Positions 32,944 through 45,829 of a stretch of 45,829 bases of DNA are shown piece by piece. Each line of letters begins with the position of its first letter. Position 1 is the first letter of the stretch. Source of the DNA: Klebsormidium nitens (taxonomy: Eukaryota > Plantae > Klebsormidiophyceae); the NCBI GenBank assembly GCA_000708835.1, contig DF237609.1:1-45829 (forward strand), given 5' to 3'. The notes below the pieces were generated by a model. It ran no database searches. It was not told the origin of the DNA and saw only the letters and a program-made list of their open reading frames with translations. The translations under genes and the position numbers were made by a program.

Positions 32944-35038
32944 GATCTCGAAAGCCAGGGAACGTGAAAGCATCAATGATACCAGGTTGAAGGTGAATGC
33001 TTCTGACTTGGATTCAAAGACATGAGAAACACTTGATCACTGTTGACAAGTGGCACTGAGCGGCAACTTGCAAAGCAGCAGAGAAATCAATGACGAAGTC
33101 GGAAATCGAGTATCACAGGATGAGAGTTGCAAGTGTGACTGTCCACGACTTCCTTCTAAGAAACAAAGATTTTCTTGGTACACCACCACTTGATGAGTAG
33201 AGTTTTGATCACAGTACTCTTTGCTGATGATCTTTGAAAGGCATTGCAGAGTTCTAGAGGACAATAGTCTTTGGAAAATATGAGACTTGATCATCATCTA
33301 TCTGAAAGTGTATGGTGCATCTGACGATAGTCTTCAGAACAGCTTTGAGGTCAGGATGCTGAAGGTTCCCTTTTTCCTTGGTGCCTTCCTGTGCAGTTGA
33401 AAATAGGCAACAAGTGACTGCTATTGTCACCGGCATCATATCAGTCGTCTTAGCCTTTGGGTACCTATCACTGATATCCCTTGACTCCCGTGGGGTAAAC
33501 CTGATTCCACCACCTCCGGAAGCTCTTGGAGAATGAGTTGCAACATAACTACCTGGTTGTTGGACCAACCAAAGCAGTTTTGATAAAGTCGTGTTGCTTG
33601 ATACCTAGTACTCCATTGTGATCTAACATCTGCGACGGTAAGGTCTTAGGCGTGTTCAAATGATGCCCCTTCAGAATCGAGGTTATGGGTCTCTCAGGCA
33701 CGTACACCAAGAAGCGGTCGTGCCGGGTGTTATTGTCTTGGTCAGCGCCGTGACCAAAGCCATCGATTAAACTTTGTCGTTTCAAAGATACATATTGAGC
33801 GAAATAGTGCTAGGTGAATGTAGCGCGAACTGACATGGGTCAGATCAGGCCGGTTTAGCACTGCAGCTCTTAGTAAGGTCAAGCGTGCCGGTGATACCCT
33901 ACTTTGCATCATGATTCTAGCGCGGCTGCTCGGCGGGTACGACGCGCAAAGAACCTAACTACCAAGCTGAGCTTGACTGCCACTGAGCTTGTATATATGC
34001 ATGAATCAGGGCGGCTCCGCCATCGCATTTCACGCACACTCAGGCTTGAGTAACTTAACTCACCGTGCAGTGATTCTGGATGAACCAATATATTCAGTCA
34101 CTTAGTAAACTTAGTACTCAATGATCATTGTCGAAAGCGGATCCTACATTATAATCGACGTATACTCAAAGCCTGGCTTAAGTTCAATTGCGCGTGAACC
34201 TTGACAACCGTCACGACGGTTTAGCTAAACTTGAAAACATGCTATCTATACCACATCGTCGGATAAGGTGATAAGGGTAAGCTAAAGTAAGACACAAAGC
34301 TGTAGCATGATTCTGCATTCAAACTTTGAAAGAATCACATGCCATCGCACCGGGCCCGCCAGGCCGCTGGCGGACATGAAGTACTGAAACCTCCGAGCGC
34401 GTACCATACGTGTACACTACCAACCATCCAGCATGCAGCGCTTACTGGTTGCGAATAACTCGCGTTGTGTATACAAACATCGCCGGGGCCGGCCTTAGCC
34501 AGGCTGATACTCGAATTTATAGCAGCTGCATGTCATTGTGATCAAGCGTAGGCGCCACAGATCCAGGCCTCGCTTGGTGCATGACAACACAAGCAATCGT
34601 GTGCATAACTCGTTCAACCTTCAACATGGGGAAGTGTTGCGGAGCTTTTCTACAGTCGGTCGGAGTTCAGGGCGCCGGCCGCCGGCGCAAACCACTGGCA
34701 AAAAGCGATTGCATTGGCTCAGCTTCAACGGATTGTGTGTCCTCGCGGGCAGTGAGATCATTGCACGAAGTCAATGGCGACGGATCATGGAAATTCGACT
34801 TCAACACGTCCAACTGCGAGCTAAGCTGTACAATGTTTGCTATAAAACCATTGACAAGGTTCAGGCTTGTGGCTGAAAAGGGTCATGCTTAGTCCTTTTG
34901 CTGTCGATCTTCAACGAAACCGTGACGAATTCGCGTCTGACATCTTTGCCCTCACATTGGAAGCGCTGAGTCATCTCGGCCAGTGCTGATTGTGGCCAAT
35001 TTGAAAGTGACGCGGAGGAGCAGCGGTAACACCCGTCT

Positions 35039-38000
35039 TTACTCGGTGCCATTCAATGCGGAAACCCTGACGATGCCCGTTCCCCAGTTGGCCAGTCGAC
35101 TCCGCGGCCGGTCTGGTATATACTCCACACCAAACCACAAGTTTGATTGCTCGTCAGCGGTCCCCATGAAATAGTCCCCCCAGCGCGAAACGGGTTGCGG
35201 GAAACCCCTGGCTAGCGCCACGTAACCCGTCACACCGTCCTCGGGGGCCGCGCCCGGACGCGCGAGGATGATGTCACCTGACGCGCACGGGTGAGGAAGG
35301 TGAATTGATCATAGAAACGAGAAAAAAAACTTAGGGGCCCTTGGGCAGGACTGAACGGTCATTCTATGCAACCGAAACGACGCGGACTGTCCACTTTGCT
35401 GTCAAAGTTTCAACCGATAAGCTTGGCAGCCTGAGATTTCCGGGACACCTTGAGAACGAGTTCCACGTCCAGTGAGTTCGTGCATCGTTTCTGTATCGCC
35501 TGACTCAACCAGACTCTTTTACTTGTCGCCTCAGCCTGTCTCCTGTACATTCTGACCCCCTTGTCAATCTGCTGAAGCGCGGACTTTCGAAGCACGATCT
35601 GTCAATCCACCTTTTCCCTGGGTATGCGGCAAAGCTAAATCGGGGCTAAAGCCCGTTTATTTTGCTCGCGCTTCTCGATCGGTTCAGCGCTTTAATTTCG
35701 TCCATTTTTCTTCGAACTACAGATCGAGCCGGGGTTCGAACCAGTGTGATGTCAACTCAACGTCAACTCCAGCGAATCGACCATACGAGTCCTGATCCCA
35801 TATTCGCACTAACGAACATTGGGGTCATGGATATTCTCGACAACCTGCTGCCCCTCCCAGCGACCCGTCGCTTTCGTTTCATTCAGGGGACGTTGAGAAG
35901 AGCAGTACTAGCTTTCGAGCACTCCAACCAATCCTGATACTCTAGATGAATCGCTGACGTGCGCGTGACGTCACCTGAAGGGCCGTGGCTCCCGTCGAAG
36001 TGCACGTACGCCACGCTCGGGAAGAAATCCGGCCCCGAGAGCGTAACTCCAACCACCCCCCGGCCATTCCTGCCTATCGCAAACGCCGGGAAGACGACGT
36101 TGTTCCCGTTCGGCGCAGCGATGACGCCAGCTGTCACCACCTGCCCCGTGACCGTTGCCGGCTGACGTCTGGTGACGTCAGGGCTAGTGGCGTGTCTCTT
36201 CTTCTTGCGACGCTCGGCCGCCTGGATACAGTGCAAAAATAGGGGGCGAATACGAAAGAAAAGGCGGCTACTCCGGCAAAGGAGCATTTCACTTTGCGAC
36301 CGCTCAGGTAGAGAAGCAGAGATGCCCAGAGCACAAGCACGAGGCTCTTAAGGACAACGAAACGCAGCAGGATCTACAAGCAAAGTAAGCAAAGCGCGTT
36401 CGGCAGGATATACAAGCAAAGTAAGCAAAGCGAAGCAGACGTTGCTCTGAACTGGCGGTGCTATGATAAAATTTCAAAGGACGAAACTTGGGCTCGTCGA
36501 CAGCGTCAAGACGTTGCAACGGATGTCTGCAACTTATCAGGTGCGAAGAGATCGGACTTCGAGAATGCACTGGGGTTTTAGTGAAGGTCTTGTCAGGGTT
36601 TGAACACTTTGACGACAAACACATGGTCGAGTTCAAGGGGCAACGACAAAACCCACCGTGGTGACGGAAGGCGTGATGACGAAATAAGCGATGCCCACTG
36701 TCGGTGGTCGGGTGGCTGTACCGGGTACTATAGTGTTGAGCGCGACGAAGAGTGACCGGTTGGCGAAGACCGGTTCTCGCACAGAGTCGCCGTTGCTGTC
36801 TAGAAGCTCGAGCGGCGCAGATGTGTTGAGGAGTCGGGGCCCCGGCCTCTGAGTGACCGGGAGACCGCCGGTGCGGCTTAGGCCGAGTTGACAGTTGTTG
36901 TACTCGATCTGCGGGTGAGCATCTAGCGATGATCAGAGTACAGCAAGAGATATTTCAAAAAGAGAAAACCTAGGTTCAAAATAGATTGGTCGAAGACAAA
37001 GGCTTGAATTCTGTACAAAAGCGTCTACACGCAGATCAAAGAGCTAGAGCTTTCCAAGAGTCTGCTTTGAAGCTACAAGGTTAGGAGATATTAGGTTGAG
37101 GCGCCATGAAGTTTCTCAAAGTGCTCTGCTGAAACTCTTCCAGGGGCGCGTTTCCACATTTTGGCTTCGAGTGAAAGTCTCTGTCACGCGAAGTTTCCCG
37201 GCTTAAAAGAAAGCGCAAAACGGCAGCTCGTCCCTCGCGAATAGTATTTGTTCCACTTCCCGTGCCAGATCGAACCGTTTCGCTTGCGTCTTTCACAAAC
37301 TTTGCGGGGGACAACAATGCAAAACAAGGGCGTCCGCTGGGCTAACATGCCTTGTCATTAGTTTCCAAACTAGGAAACACAAGATGGCAACTTTCAAGCG
37401 CTTTAAACCCGCAACTCTCCTGCTCCGCACTCAAAGCCACTCAACCAAACTCATCCAAACCAGCCAATCCCTGAGTGATAAGGTCGTAGCTCTTTCAACC
37501 AAAAGAATTCTTGACGTCTTCACCAGGGAGTCGATCACGCTTTGGACGAGCTGCACGCCGCCGACGAACGGGATCAGCGCGCGCAGCGCACGCGTGCCGA
37601 CGAGCGCAAAGAGCGCCAGCTGGCGCACGGGCGTGCCGTCGCACTTAATGTCAAGGGCGGCCGCGAAGTACACGACGCCGCGCGCGTCGGACGGAAATGC
37701 CTCATCGGGGGATACGCGCGCGACATTCAGGGCGACGCTATTTCCCTGTGGGACAAGGAGCGGGTTTGGAATCTTATATGAAGTCGAACTGACAGAATGT
37801 TGTATCCGATTTTGGCGAGCACTGAGAAGCAAAGAGAACGGCAGCTGAGCGGGAAAAGCTGACCAGAAGGCACTTTTGGCCGGCTCGGGATCAATCTCAT
37901 CGTATTTCTCGATCTAGTGAACAGCAAGCCCAGTGAACAGTAAGCATTTTGGGGCTACTAAAAACCCTAACCTAAGGAAACACCCGCTCCGCACCCGTAC

Positions 38001-40363
38001 CCACCCTAACCCCCTAACTAACCCTACCCGTCTCCGTTACTGTTCACTGGCTGTTACTGTTCACTACATCGATCGGAATCATCTCATACCGTCGCGCCGC
38101 CATGCATGGCCATGAAACCCGGAGAGAACGTTGGTAGAAAAAAGCGGCTCAATGTATATCAAGAGCTGCGTTTCGGGCAGGTCTCAGGATTTCAGGAAAG
38201 AACCCGACTCTGGAAGGTAAGAGGGGAAGACATGATCTGGCAAGTGCATCCTCTTTGCAATAAATGACCGAAACAAAATGAAAGGGTAGGTACGGACAGG
38301 CTGACAAGAAGATCTTTAGAAGAGACGAACAATTGGAACTGTAGAGAAGCAAGGAGAGGGCTGAATGACCTGGACACGAGTAGCCGTGCTGTTTATATAC
38401 GCCGCCGTGAGCACTGCTAAGTCTCCCGCCGCCAGCTTGAACTTGTCCATCGCGTACACGTCCGTCGAGAAAAAACTGCCGTTCGCAATCACAAACGAGT
38501 CCCCGACTATGATAAGCGCGTCCCCGTTTACCGCAACCCTTGGCATGTCCAGCAAACACGGGCACACCGGCCGGAAGTCCGGCGTTCCGTTCGTTCCGTC
38601 GTTGGTGGTGAACAACCGGAACAGCGCGAACGCCGCCCGCGGGTCGCCGCTCGCGCTGACCGCGAGCAGCGTCGCGGTCGGCGCGGCGAACGCGCCCGCG
38701 GCCGCGTCGCGCGACGCGAAGAGGATCGAGACGAAGAAGCGGCCCGTGTCGCGGTCGAAGACGCAGCGGGGGTCGCTCAGAAAGGCGCCGACAGCGGGGG
38801 CCGGAATCCGGAACGGAGCCATCTGAGAAGGCCGGAACGGAATGACGTAAGGTCACACGACACCGATCACGGACGGGTTCATAGCAGGCTGAAGAAGTAC
38901 TCTGGGCGTTCCATTCTGTCAGTGACTCTGGTATCCCTTTCCAGAGCTCTAAGAAGAGCTCTTTCTCTTGATATGGGCAACCCTGAGGCCCGGGCCTGTC
39001 GACAATCAGTTGCAGACCATGCCATTCGCGAGCTGAGGACCGGGAAGTGGAACGAACATGCGCCCTGCTTTCTCAGTGACTTGCTAGAAACAAAAAAGGT
39101 TTGAAAAAGAGCGGTGTCGCGCACCTGAAAGAATTGGTTGAGGGCCACCGGAACGACCAGCGCCTCGCCGGAACCGGAATCGAAGATGGCGAGAGCGGAG
39201 TTCACAACTTGGACCACGAAACCGTTCCCAACGCAGAGGCCCCCGTCCGGCGGCTCGAGGGCACGATTCGTGTTTGCGTAAACTCCCGTTCCGGCACTTT
39301 GCTGATCGAGATTCTCGATACCGTCAAAGACAAGTAGTTCATCGCTTGCAGGAGGGAAGCTGACGTTGAAGAAGGTCACGGGCGCGGCCGGCCGCGGAAC
39401 GGTCTGCGCGGAGAAAGGGCTTGGAAGGTTTGTCCTAGAAAGAACGGACGATTTAAAATGAGTTGAAGAAGGTGACGGGCGCGGCCGGCCACGGAACGGT
39501 CTGCGCGGAACAAGGGCTTGGAGATTATACGGTGAATTGTGGCAAATTGTTAGATCTGAAACGAGATTGAGGAATCTGGAGGATGCAACTGATCAGTCGC
39601 AGGAGAAGAGGTGACGTTGGGAGAGGCGACAAGTACGGTTGGTCGCGCGAGAACCTGGTGAGCAGGGTATGAAGGTTTTGGATTCTTGGAAGCTTACTCT
39701 TCTGTCCGGCTACAATTAGATAAAGGAAGAAAGGTGGGCGATCTTTAGAAACTGTGGTTTACAGATTACGGAAGCCAAAGAGCGGCGAGACCTGTACGTA
39801 CAGAAGGGGGTTGCGCCAGATTCGGGACGCCTAGATTATGCAAAACCATAAAATTTGGGAAGAGGGAATGGGCGCTTGACTGAGAGCGATCTCCGCCGGA
39901 AGGGGACATTGGGAACAAAGCGACGGGAATGAACGGCGGCCAGCTGAATTCTTAGTTATCACATTCTTTTAGACAGACGTCGCGCTACTGATCCCAAGTT
40001 TTCATCCTGAAACCTCACCAGATTTTCGGGCCATGGATATGGAGCTCCTTGAGTGAATTGGGTCGTCGTGCCTTCGTCCAGAAAAGCCTCAGATTTCGCA
40101 AACTGTGGTTTCTGGCGCTGCGTCCGCTCTGAATGTCTTGACTCTCCTGACGTCACAAACGTCAGATTCGTTGACGTCATCAGGTCCGGCTCCTCCTGAG
40201 CCGCTCTGATTCCGGTTCCGTTGATCACGAAGGGCGCGGGGGAGACGGTCCCGTAGCGCTTTGTAAACAGGATGAAGTTGGGAGACTTTTCGTTTGGCGT
40301 TGCGGCCCTGGCCAAAGTTACCAAGATACCGGCGACCAGCAATCGTGTTGCCAGGCAGGCCAT
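35039..40363 (-). CDS. Secreted, Cys-containing, beta-rich protein of unknown function, 7 exons, about 658 aa, resembling an uncharacterised bacterial secreted family
   Basis: Exons: 40363-40019, 39403-39125, 38822-38370, 37745-37524, 36908-36657, 36161-35975, 35277-35039. All GT-AG, in phase, 1977 nt total. Signal peptide MACLATRLLVAGILVTLARA. Motifs: EPPDGGLCVGNGFVVQVVN, SDPRCVFDRDTGRFF, GIAYFVITPS, PEDGVTGY, RWGDY, ANWGT. Confidence 0.85.
36368..36432. repeat. 2 x about 36-bp tandem duplication in an intron
   Basis: caggat(c/a)tacaagcaaagtaagcaaagcg occurs twice. Confidence 0.85.
39462..39522 (-). repeat. 5' echo of exon 2 of the secreted-protein gene
   Basis: 61-nt copy of 39365-39425 with 4 mismatches, spanning the GCGCAG acceptor. 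Confidence 0.93.
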
Positions 40364-41547
40364 GGTCGCCGCGTGCCCTGTAGGGTTAGGAGCGGCGGCG
40401 AAAGTCTGCGGTTGCGGATGAGAGGGTGACTGTAGTACACGTCCGACAAGAAGAGGGACGGAGCATTTGCTGAACTGCTAGGAACAAGTTGAAAAGAAGG
40501 CAAGCGGCACCGCCCCAAAAATGGGAGAAAGGACTTGGGCTGCATGATTCGTCATGCTGGCGGAGCCTTAGGGACTTGCAGGGGTAGATTGACCAGCTAC
40601 GAGAAGCTCAAATTTGTTCTGAAAACATGTTAATTAAGCTGGTACTCTGTTACTTGACGGAACTATCCTCTCAACTTACGCAAGCGTTCGCGCACTATCA
40701 CTCATGTTTCCCTTTGTATTTGCGAAAGGCTGTAGCAGGCAATCTGTAGAGACCGCAAAAGCCTTTCGTGGGTCCAGCGGTGCATCCCTGAGTGTAATCA
40801 TGAGCATGATCAGAAAGAAAGCTTCTGAAGATGCTTCATGATTGCTGCAAAAGAACCTGCGAGATGAGTAATGGTCTTACCTGGCAGAAAAGTCCATCAA
40901 AGGGGACTCGCGCCACTTGGCATGCGCTCTGTCTTGCTTCCTCAACCCTTATCCGCAACCCCCATCTGTCTCAAATCAAACTGCCTTGTTTGCAAGCACA
41001 GGCATCAGAGTAGCGTTCACAGATTGTTTGAGACCATCTTTTCTTTGAAGCAAGGTACATTGTAAGGTTGTTGAATAAACGATTCTTGAATCATGGTAGA
41101 TCAGAGGGTAGACCTTGGAAAAAGCACTGACTTTTCAAGATCTTCAAGAGGGCTTTCAGTAAGGTAAGATAGGAGGTTTGCATTCTAACTTTCGATTCCC
41201 CAAGGGCGATCTTTTGAAAAGAAAACAGAGTCGGAACATTCTCGACCGTGTAGACCAACTGTTGTTACAAGTAGACTCTGCTAGACTCTCTGCTAGACAG
41301 TTTGATCTTAACGTGAAGGTGTCAGTTGATCCTAGTTAATTCCAACTAGTATGTTTAAATGCATATGGACGAAGGATGTACAGACGTCATCAGGCCCTAA
41401 GTTATATAAGCCATCTTTTCGCGACTGACTACTGTTTGTACGCACCTACTTTTGCAAGCAGTCAATTCAATTGCTGACTCGGTACTAGTCGTCGTCTTAA
41501 TGAATATGTGGCCAATGGTTGCATTCGTTTCGAGACCATGGGCACGT

Positions 41548-41600
41548 AGGTTAACTACTCAGACACAGGTTAACTACTCAGGCACAGGTTAACTACTCAG
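41548..41600. repeat. 3 x 19-bp intergenic tandem repeat
   Basis: aggttaactactcag(a/g)cac units. Confidence 0.9.
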
Positions 41601-42743
41601 TGACTACTACGTAAGTCGGAAAACGTTTATTCGGAGCAATATGATCCAAGATGGCGATCCGAGAAATGGATCGATACAACAGTCTTCCTGGCCTGAAAGG
41701 CATGACAGTTTGAACCGTCCGACTCGAGCATCATTTCAACCTTCATGTATGAATCAAAGCAGAGTCCTACTAGTTTAAATTGGTCGGAGTCTTGCATGAT
41801 CTAGGCTAGCTGGCCGGACCTTTCACTACTTGGCATCCGATGCACTATAGACGGTACGTCAGCCGGTCCCACTTGCAACGATGAATCGGGACCGTAGCTG
41901 TATGGTCGGACCATATATAGCTACCTTCCAACTCGGATCGGATTCTGCGCCAGGGGTAATCAGTTCAAGTTTCTTAAATCCTGAGAATGAGGTATAGTAA
42001 CGTAACGCATGATTTCTCAAATGACGTAGCTTATAGATCATGTGCATGTTCATATCAAAATCAAGAAAGCACGCTACTTGAGCATATCAATTAAGAGCGG
42101 CGGTCCCAAGCCATGTGCGGGATCGTCGAACACGTACGGGCCCCCGATCGAGCGCCGTATAATAGCAAGCGTACCGTCCTCATGGAAAGCAACGATCATG
42201 TTAGTCCAAAATGCTGCCGGCCGCGGCAGGCTATACCATTGAAATCAACGTAGTGAGCAAAGTCTGACCGTCGTGACCCGATGCTGTGCACGCTACAAGT
42301 GTAATAGAAAGTGGCTGGCCGAGCACCTGGTGGGTAACGCTTTGAGCGAGTAAGCGCGTTTGAACTCGATGTTTGTAAAGTGCCGCGCCACCCTTTTGCA
42401 ATAAGCTTGAGTCCTCAATACACGCCAGCTAGAGCTGTGGTTATAGCACTTGGAAGATTTGCTAGCCAGAATTGTAACTTTTGCTGCGCAAACTGCTTCC
42501 TTTCGACTTCAGGCTTGTCTCGAGTGTGGATGCCAAGCCAAGTACAATCTTCGTGTAGCCCAATCGGTTCAGATCGGTGGCCGTTTCTATCGACCTTTAC
42601 GAAAGCGGAGGGGATCTTTGTGGGCAACCGTATTGGACCGGAACCCTGTCACGTGTTCTCAGTACACAAAACCTTTTTCTGACATGTCTATCGCTCCAAC
42701 ATGGGTCCTGCTAATGTTTCAAAGGTAGGTTGACCGCCCTTGG

Positions 42744-44998
42744 TTATCCTTCCCGCCACTGGTGCGAGCATTCGGGTTTGCAGCACTTGTAAAACGTAGA
42801 CATGGGTTCGTCCGCGGACCGAATCTGGATCTGCATGAAGTACGCCTCCCCATATCTGCACTTCGGACAGGTGGCTGCAAGAGAGCGAGGCGGGGACCGG
42901 GGTGTCAGCAGCAAGGGCAAGAGAGGTGCCGCAAACAGCTTACGGCAGTAATGTAACCCGAAAGGGACGCGCAGGAGTTTGGGTACTGGTGCGCATTTGA
43001 AAAGCGGAAGCGGAAGGCATTGGCCACGTTTAAAGGATGCTTGGAGGGGAGGCGCAGGTTTTGGCATCGACGGAAGGACTGCCAGCATGGGTGCGGTCGC
43101 AACAGAGCGTCAGAATATACTTCATCTCGTGCAACTTTTGTCCAGACAAGAATATCACATTACAAGTGACACCACATGCTATCGACCAACCGAGAGACTG
43201 GGCCGTAAATCCGATACCCGAAAAAAGGTGAAAGCTGCGGCAGTATTGAGACAACAGTGACAAACTTCTGCCTTTTGAATGAGGTTTTATTGTGCACTTG
43301 TGGCCTGAAGAAAGTCATCGATACTGCCGCTGATGTGTTCGACGGCTTATAAGACGTCTGCAGATCGCACCTAGCAATTTGAACCGTGTGCGCACAAGCA
43401 AACCATCACGAAAAGTTGGCAACAAAGCGAGAACATGCATCAACTATTTCCATTGAATGACGCTACTTGCTGTACGCCATAGGATGACATGTCGGGAGAA
43501 GCAGGGGGTTTAGGATGTGTAAGGGTTCGGAGCATCGTAACCCCGGGTGAAGGTGTTTGGTAAAACCAAGGAACTGGACCACCTCACCATAGGCCTAAGT
43601 CAAAGAGCATAACAAAAATCATGAACGAGAAGAAGACCGCACCTTCCGTCTTATCCACGTTCCGCCAGGCCTCTTCACCCCCGAGGACATCGTCCACTTC
43701 TTTTCTGGCCAGAGGCAGCTTATTCTTCATCTGCGTCACAAAGAGAAAGCGCAGCAAGATCTTGAAACTTTGACCAGATCAAGCATTGAAGTGCCGTTGG
43801 TATGCGGGCTTTCGAGGATGGTGTTTGAAACGAGGGCTCTTGTTGCAGACCGAATTTGACTCTCAGAACGGATGGAAGGAGAAGGCACACCGACGGTCGG
43901 TCACTTTCAATGACCCCCCTCATTTAAAATACTCCGAAACGAAGGTCCGAAAAGGTCTTTCCGGCAAACTTAGCCGACGATATCCCTAGATTTGTAGCGA
44001 AGGGGGCTCGCTCAGGTTGCCCGAAAGTCCATGTTCTCCCTCCATCCGTTCTCTCAACTCTCTCCAAAATTAGACGTGTGTCTAGCCGAGCAGCGAGCTT
44101 CAGGGTCAGATTTCAGTCGAGAGGGCATGGGTCAGCGACTAATCACGTTGCGTTACTACAGATCCACATTACCGGCAAACTATCTTTAAGATAGAGCTCG
44201 CACCACAACTGATGGATCAGACACGAACCACGTTGGGTTAGCGGCTACCAGCGAACGATATAAGATAGTGCTTACGTGGCGACTGTTGCCCTTGACATGA
44301 ACCTGCGACGGCAATGCTGACCTCTATGCACTTGAAGCATTACAGGTGTCGAAAGGACGATAACTTCCTAAAAGTGTAAAGGGTTTTGATAGAAATGGCT
44401 GGACGCTGAATGCAATGGTGGCGGTGGTCTTATAAAAAGCTCAGATGGATCAGGAGGAAAGAACATCTCCGAGCAATTCCTGCGACATGGGGTCTTCTGA
44501 AGCAAGCAAACCTCGTCAGGGGAGCTCATGCGGCAGGACGGTTGACGCTACTTCTTTCAGAACCTAAGAGAGCGATCGGAACGAACATCGTGGGGGTGCT
44601 TGAAGAGAGCGCAGTGGACGATCTGCCTTCAGAGACGTGACAGTAGCTGCTTCTCGTGCTAATTAGAAAAGGTTGAAGGTAACGGGGTTGCTGACGTGAC
44701 TAGGCAGCCGCCACAAAAACCCCCAGCCGGCAGGCAAAGAAAGTGCTAAACAAATATACCAAGTCATCACCAAACCAATGCTTCGAGCACTTTTGACACA
44801 TGGGAGGATTGCTTGGACCTTGCGCACGCTTCTGTATCGCCTCGTTGCCCCTCCTCATTGCTCTCCTTTTGGACATTTGCAACTCACCTTTGCTTTTATG
44901 GTGTACACATATGGACATGTCTGGCAGAAGTAGCGGAGTTCCCCCATGTTGCCTCCTTCGACCAGAAGCAAGTTGGCGCAGGTTGGACAGAAGTCCAT
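42744..44998 (-). CDS. RPC11: DNA-directed RNA polymerase III subunit C11 (RPC10/RPC11/POLR3K), 3 exons, 109 aa
   Basis: Exons: 44998-44888 (MDFCPTCANLLLVE...RYFCQTCPYVYTIKAK), 43730-43643 (MKNKLPLARKEVDDVLGGEEAWRNVDKTE), 42874-42744 (ATCPKC..EAYFMQIQIRSADEPMSTFYKCCKPECSHQWREG*). It has two zinc ribbons and the TFIIS-like RSADEP hairpin. VDDVLGG..AW is characteristic of C11. Confidence 0.95.
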
Positions 44999-45829
44999 CT
45001 TTACCAAGAAAATAGTTGCTCGCAAGCTTGGAAGATCCCTGAACCTAGATTAAGTAAGATGCTGCGGCTGGCATCAACGCAAGCAGACCTGTATCTGCAC
45101 TGAGATTTGGTAGATACACTCAGTCTTTTGGTCCTGACCATTGAATTAAGCCGTGGCGCCTATTGGGTGTCCTCATAATCTCAACTTCCAATATTTGGTA
45201 GACAGATGTCAACCCCCGGTTCGCACCCGGCTGAATCCCATGCATGTTTTTAAAGAGTGAAACAACGTCCCAGCGCAGGAGCAGCTAAGGGCTGGGGCAA
45301 AGTTTACCGCAGTCAGCGCAAGCACCTTAAGCTTTCGAATTCTCAGTGTCACAAAGAAAGCCACGGAGGAAGAGCTCCTGCCATGCGCTGCTGTCTGCTC
45401 CACCAGCTTGCCCCTCCGTCCCCAGCTTCGTTATTGGCGCCCCTTTTACTCCGGACAGGAAGCAAATCAGCTCGTGAATCTACTGTCCCCTTCTTCAAGT
45501 TCTAGGAGTAGACTGTACGTAGGATACAGCCTACGCCCGGCAGGCTGCAGCCTACAGGTCCTATACTGCCGTTTCATCTGACGGTCGCCGGTTCCTTTAG
45601 ACATTCTGCGAATCCATACAGCAAGCCAAATGAAGTTCGGACTAAAGTCTGAGCCTATCATAGAGTGCCACGTCATACCCCCCGGGATCCAAAAGAGTGA
45701 AGGTGTCTGGAACGGTCGTACCAGGGGTCGAAACCTGGAGTGTGCGGACCCAAGTGGTCCCAACCAGTCCGAACTCGATCACCGGGCACTCCCTAAGTAG
45801 GTTACTAATAGGAGAGAATTTCTTCTTCG

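Noticed and set aside
33037-33810. Minus-strand protein-like ORFs (33549-33785, 33254-33568) as an extra gene
   Set aside because: No recognisable domain, and joining them needs an implausibly short (about 30 nt) intron or a frameshift. Left unannotated.
35725-35755. B-box-like GGTTCGAACC in an intron
   Set aside because: No A-box or cloverleaf, so probably chance.
37960-38030. Telomere-like (A)ACCCTA motifs in an intron
   Set aside because: Only a few degenerate units in a low-complexity C-rich patch, not a true interstitial telomere array.
38149-38856. 235-aa minus-strand Arg/Gly-rich ORF
   Set aside because: Off-frame reading of the GC-rich exon 38822-38370.
41859-42627. Short minus-strand ORFs downstream of RPC11 as a transposon remnant
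   Set aside because: No transposase, RT or integrase motif and no terminal repeats recognised.
43037-43100. + strand MLGGEAQVLASTEG resembling RPC11 VLGGEEAW..KTE as an inverted echo
   Set aside because: DNA identity is limited to about 9 nt and the strand is opposite to all real echoes, so likely chance.
45715-45785. tRNA T-arm-like hairpin CCAGG-TTTCGACC-CCTGG on the minus strand
   Set aside because: No convincing D-arm, anticodon arm or acceptor stem could be folded by eye. tRNAscan-SE would settle it.

Overview
Intron-rich eukaryotic genomic DNA from a starch-storing green-lineage organism. A charophyte alga such as Klebsormidium is my inference from composition, splice signals and gene content. 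Four genes can be supported. (1) A 17-exon, ~29.3 kb minus-strand alpha-glucan water dikinase (GWD family, about 1103 aa, 31927->2652). (2) A divergently transcribed, probably plastid-targeted protein of unknown function starting at 32431. (3) A 7-exon minus-strand secreted protein (about 658 aa, 40363->35039) whose motifs resemble an uncharacterised bacterial family. (4) A 3-exon RNA polymerase III subunit C11 gene (44998->42744). All exons were joined by hand at GT-AG junctions with consistent phases. The most striking feature is a set of 'exon echoes': many introns hold same-orientation degenerate partial copies of the neighbouring exon, each spanning one splice junction. Acceptor plus exon start is copied upstream of the exon, and exon end plus donor is copied downstream, with up to about 6 copies per junction. 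Many keep intact splice dinucleotides, and copies often share codon states that differ from the functional exon. No searches or alignments were run, so family assignments rest on motif recognition and repeat coordinates are approximate.
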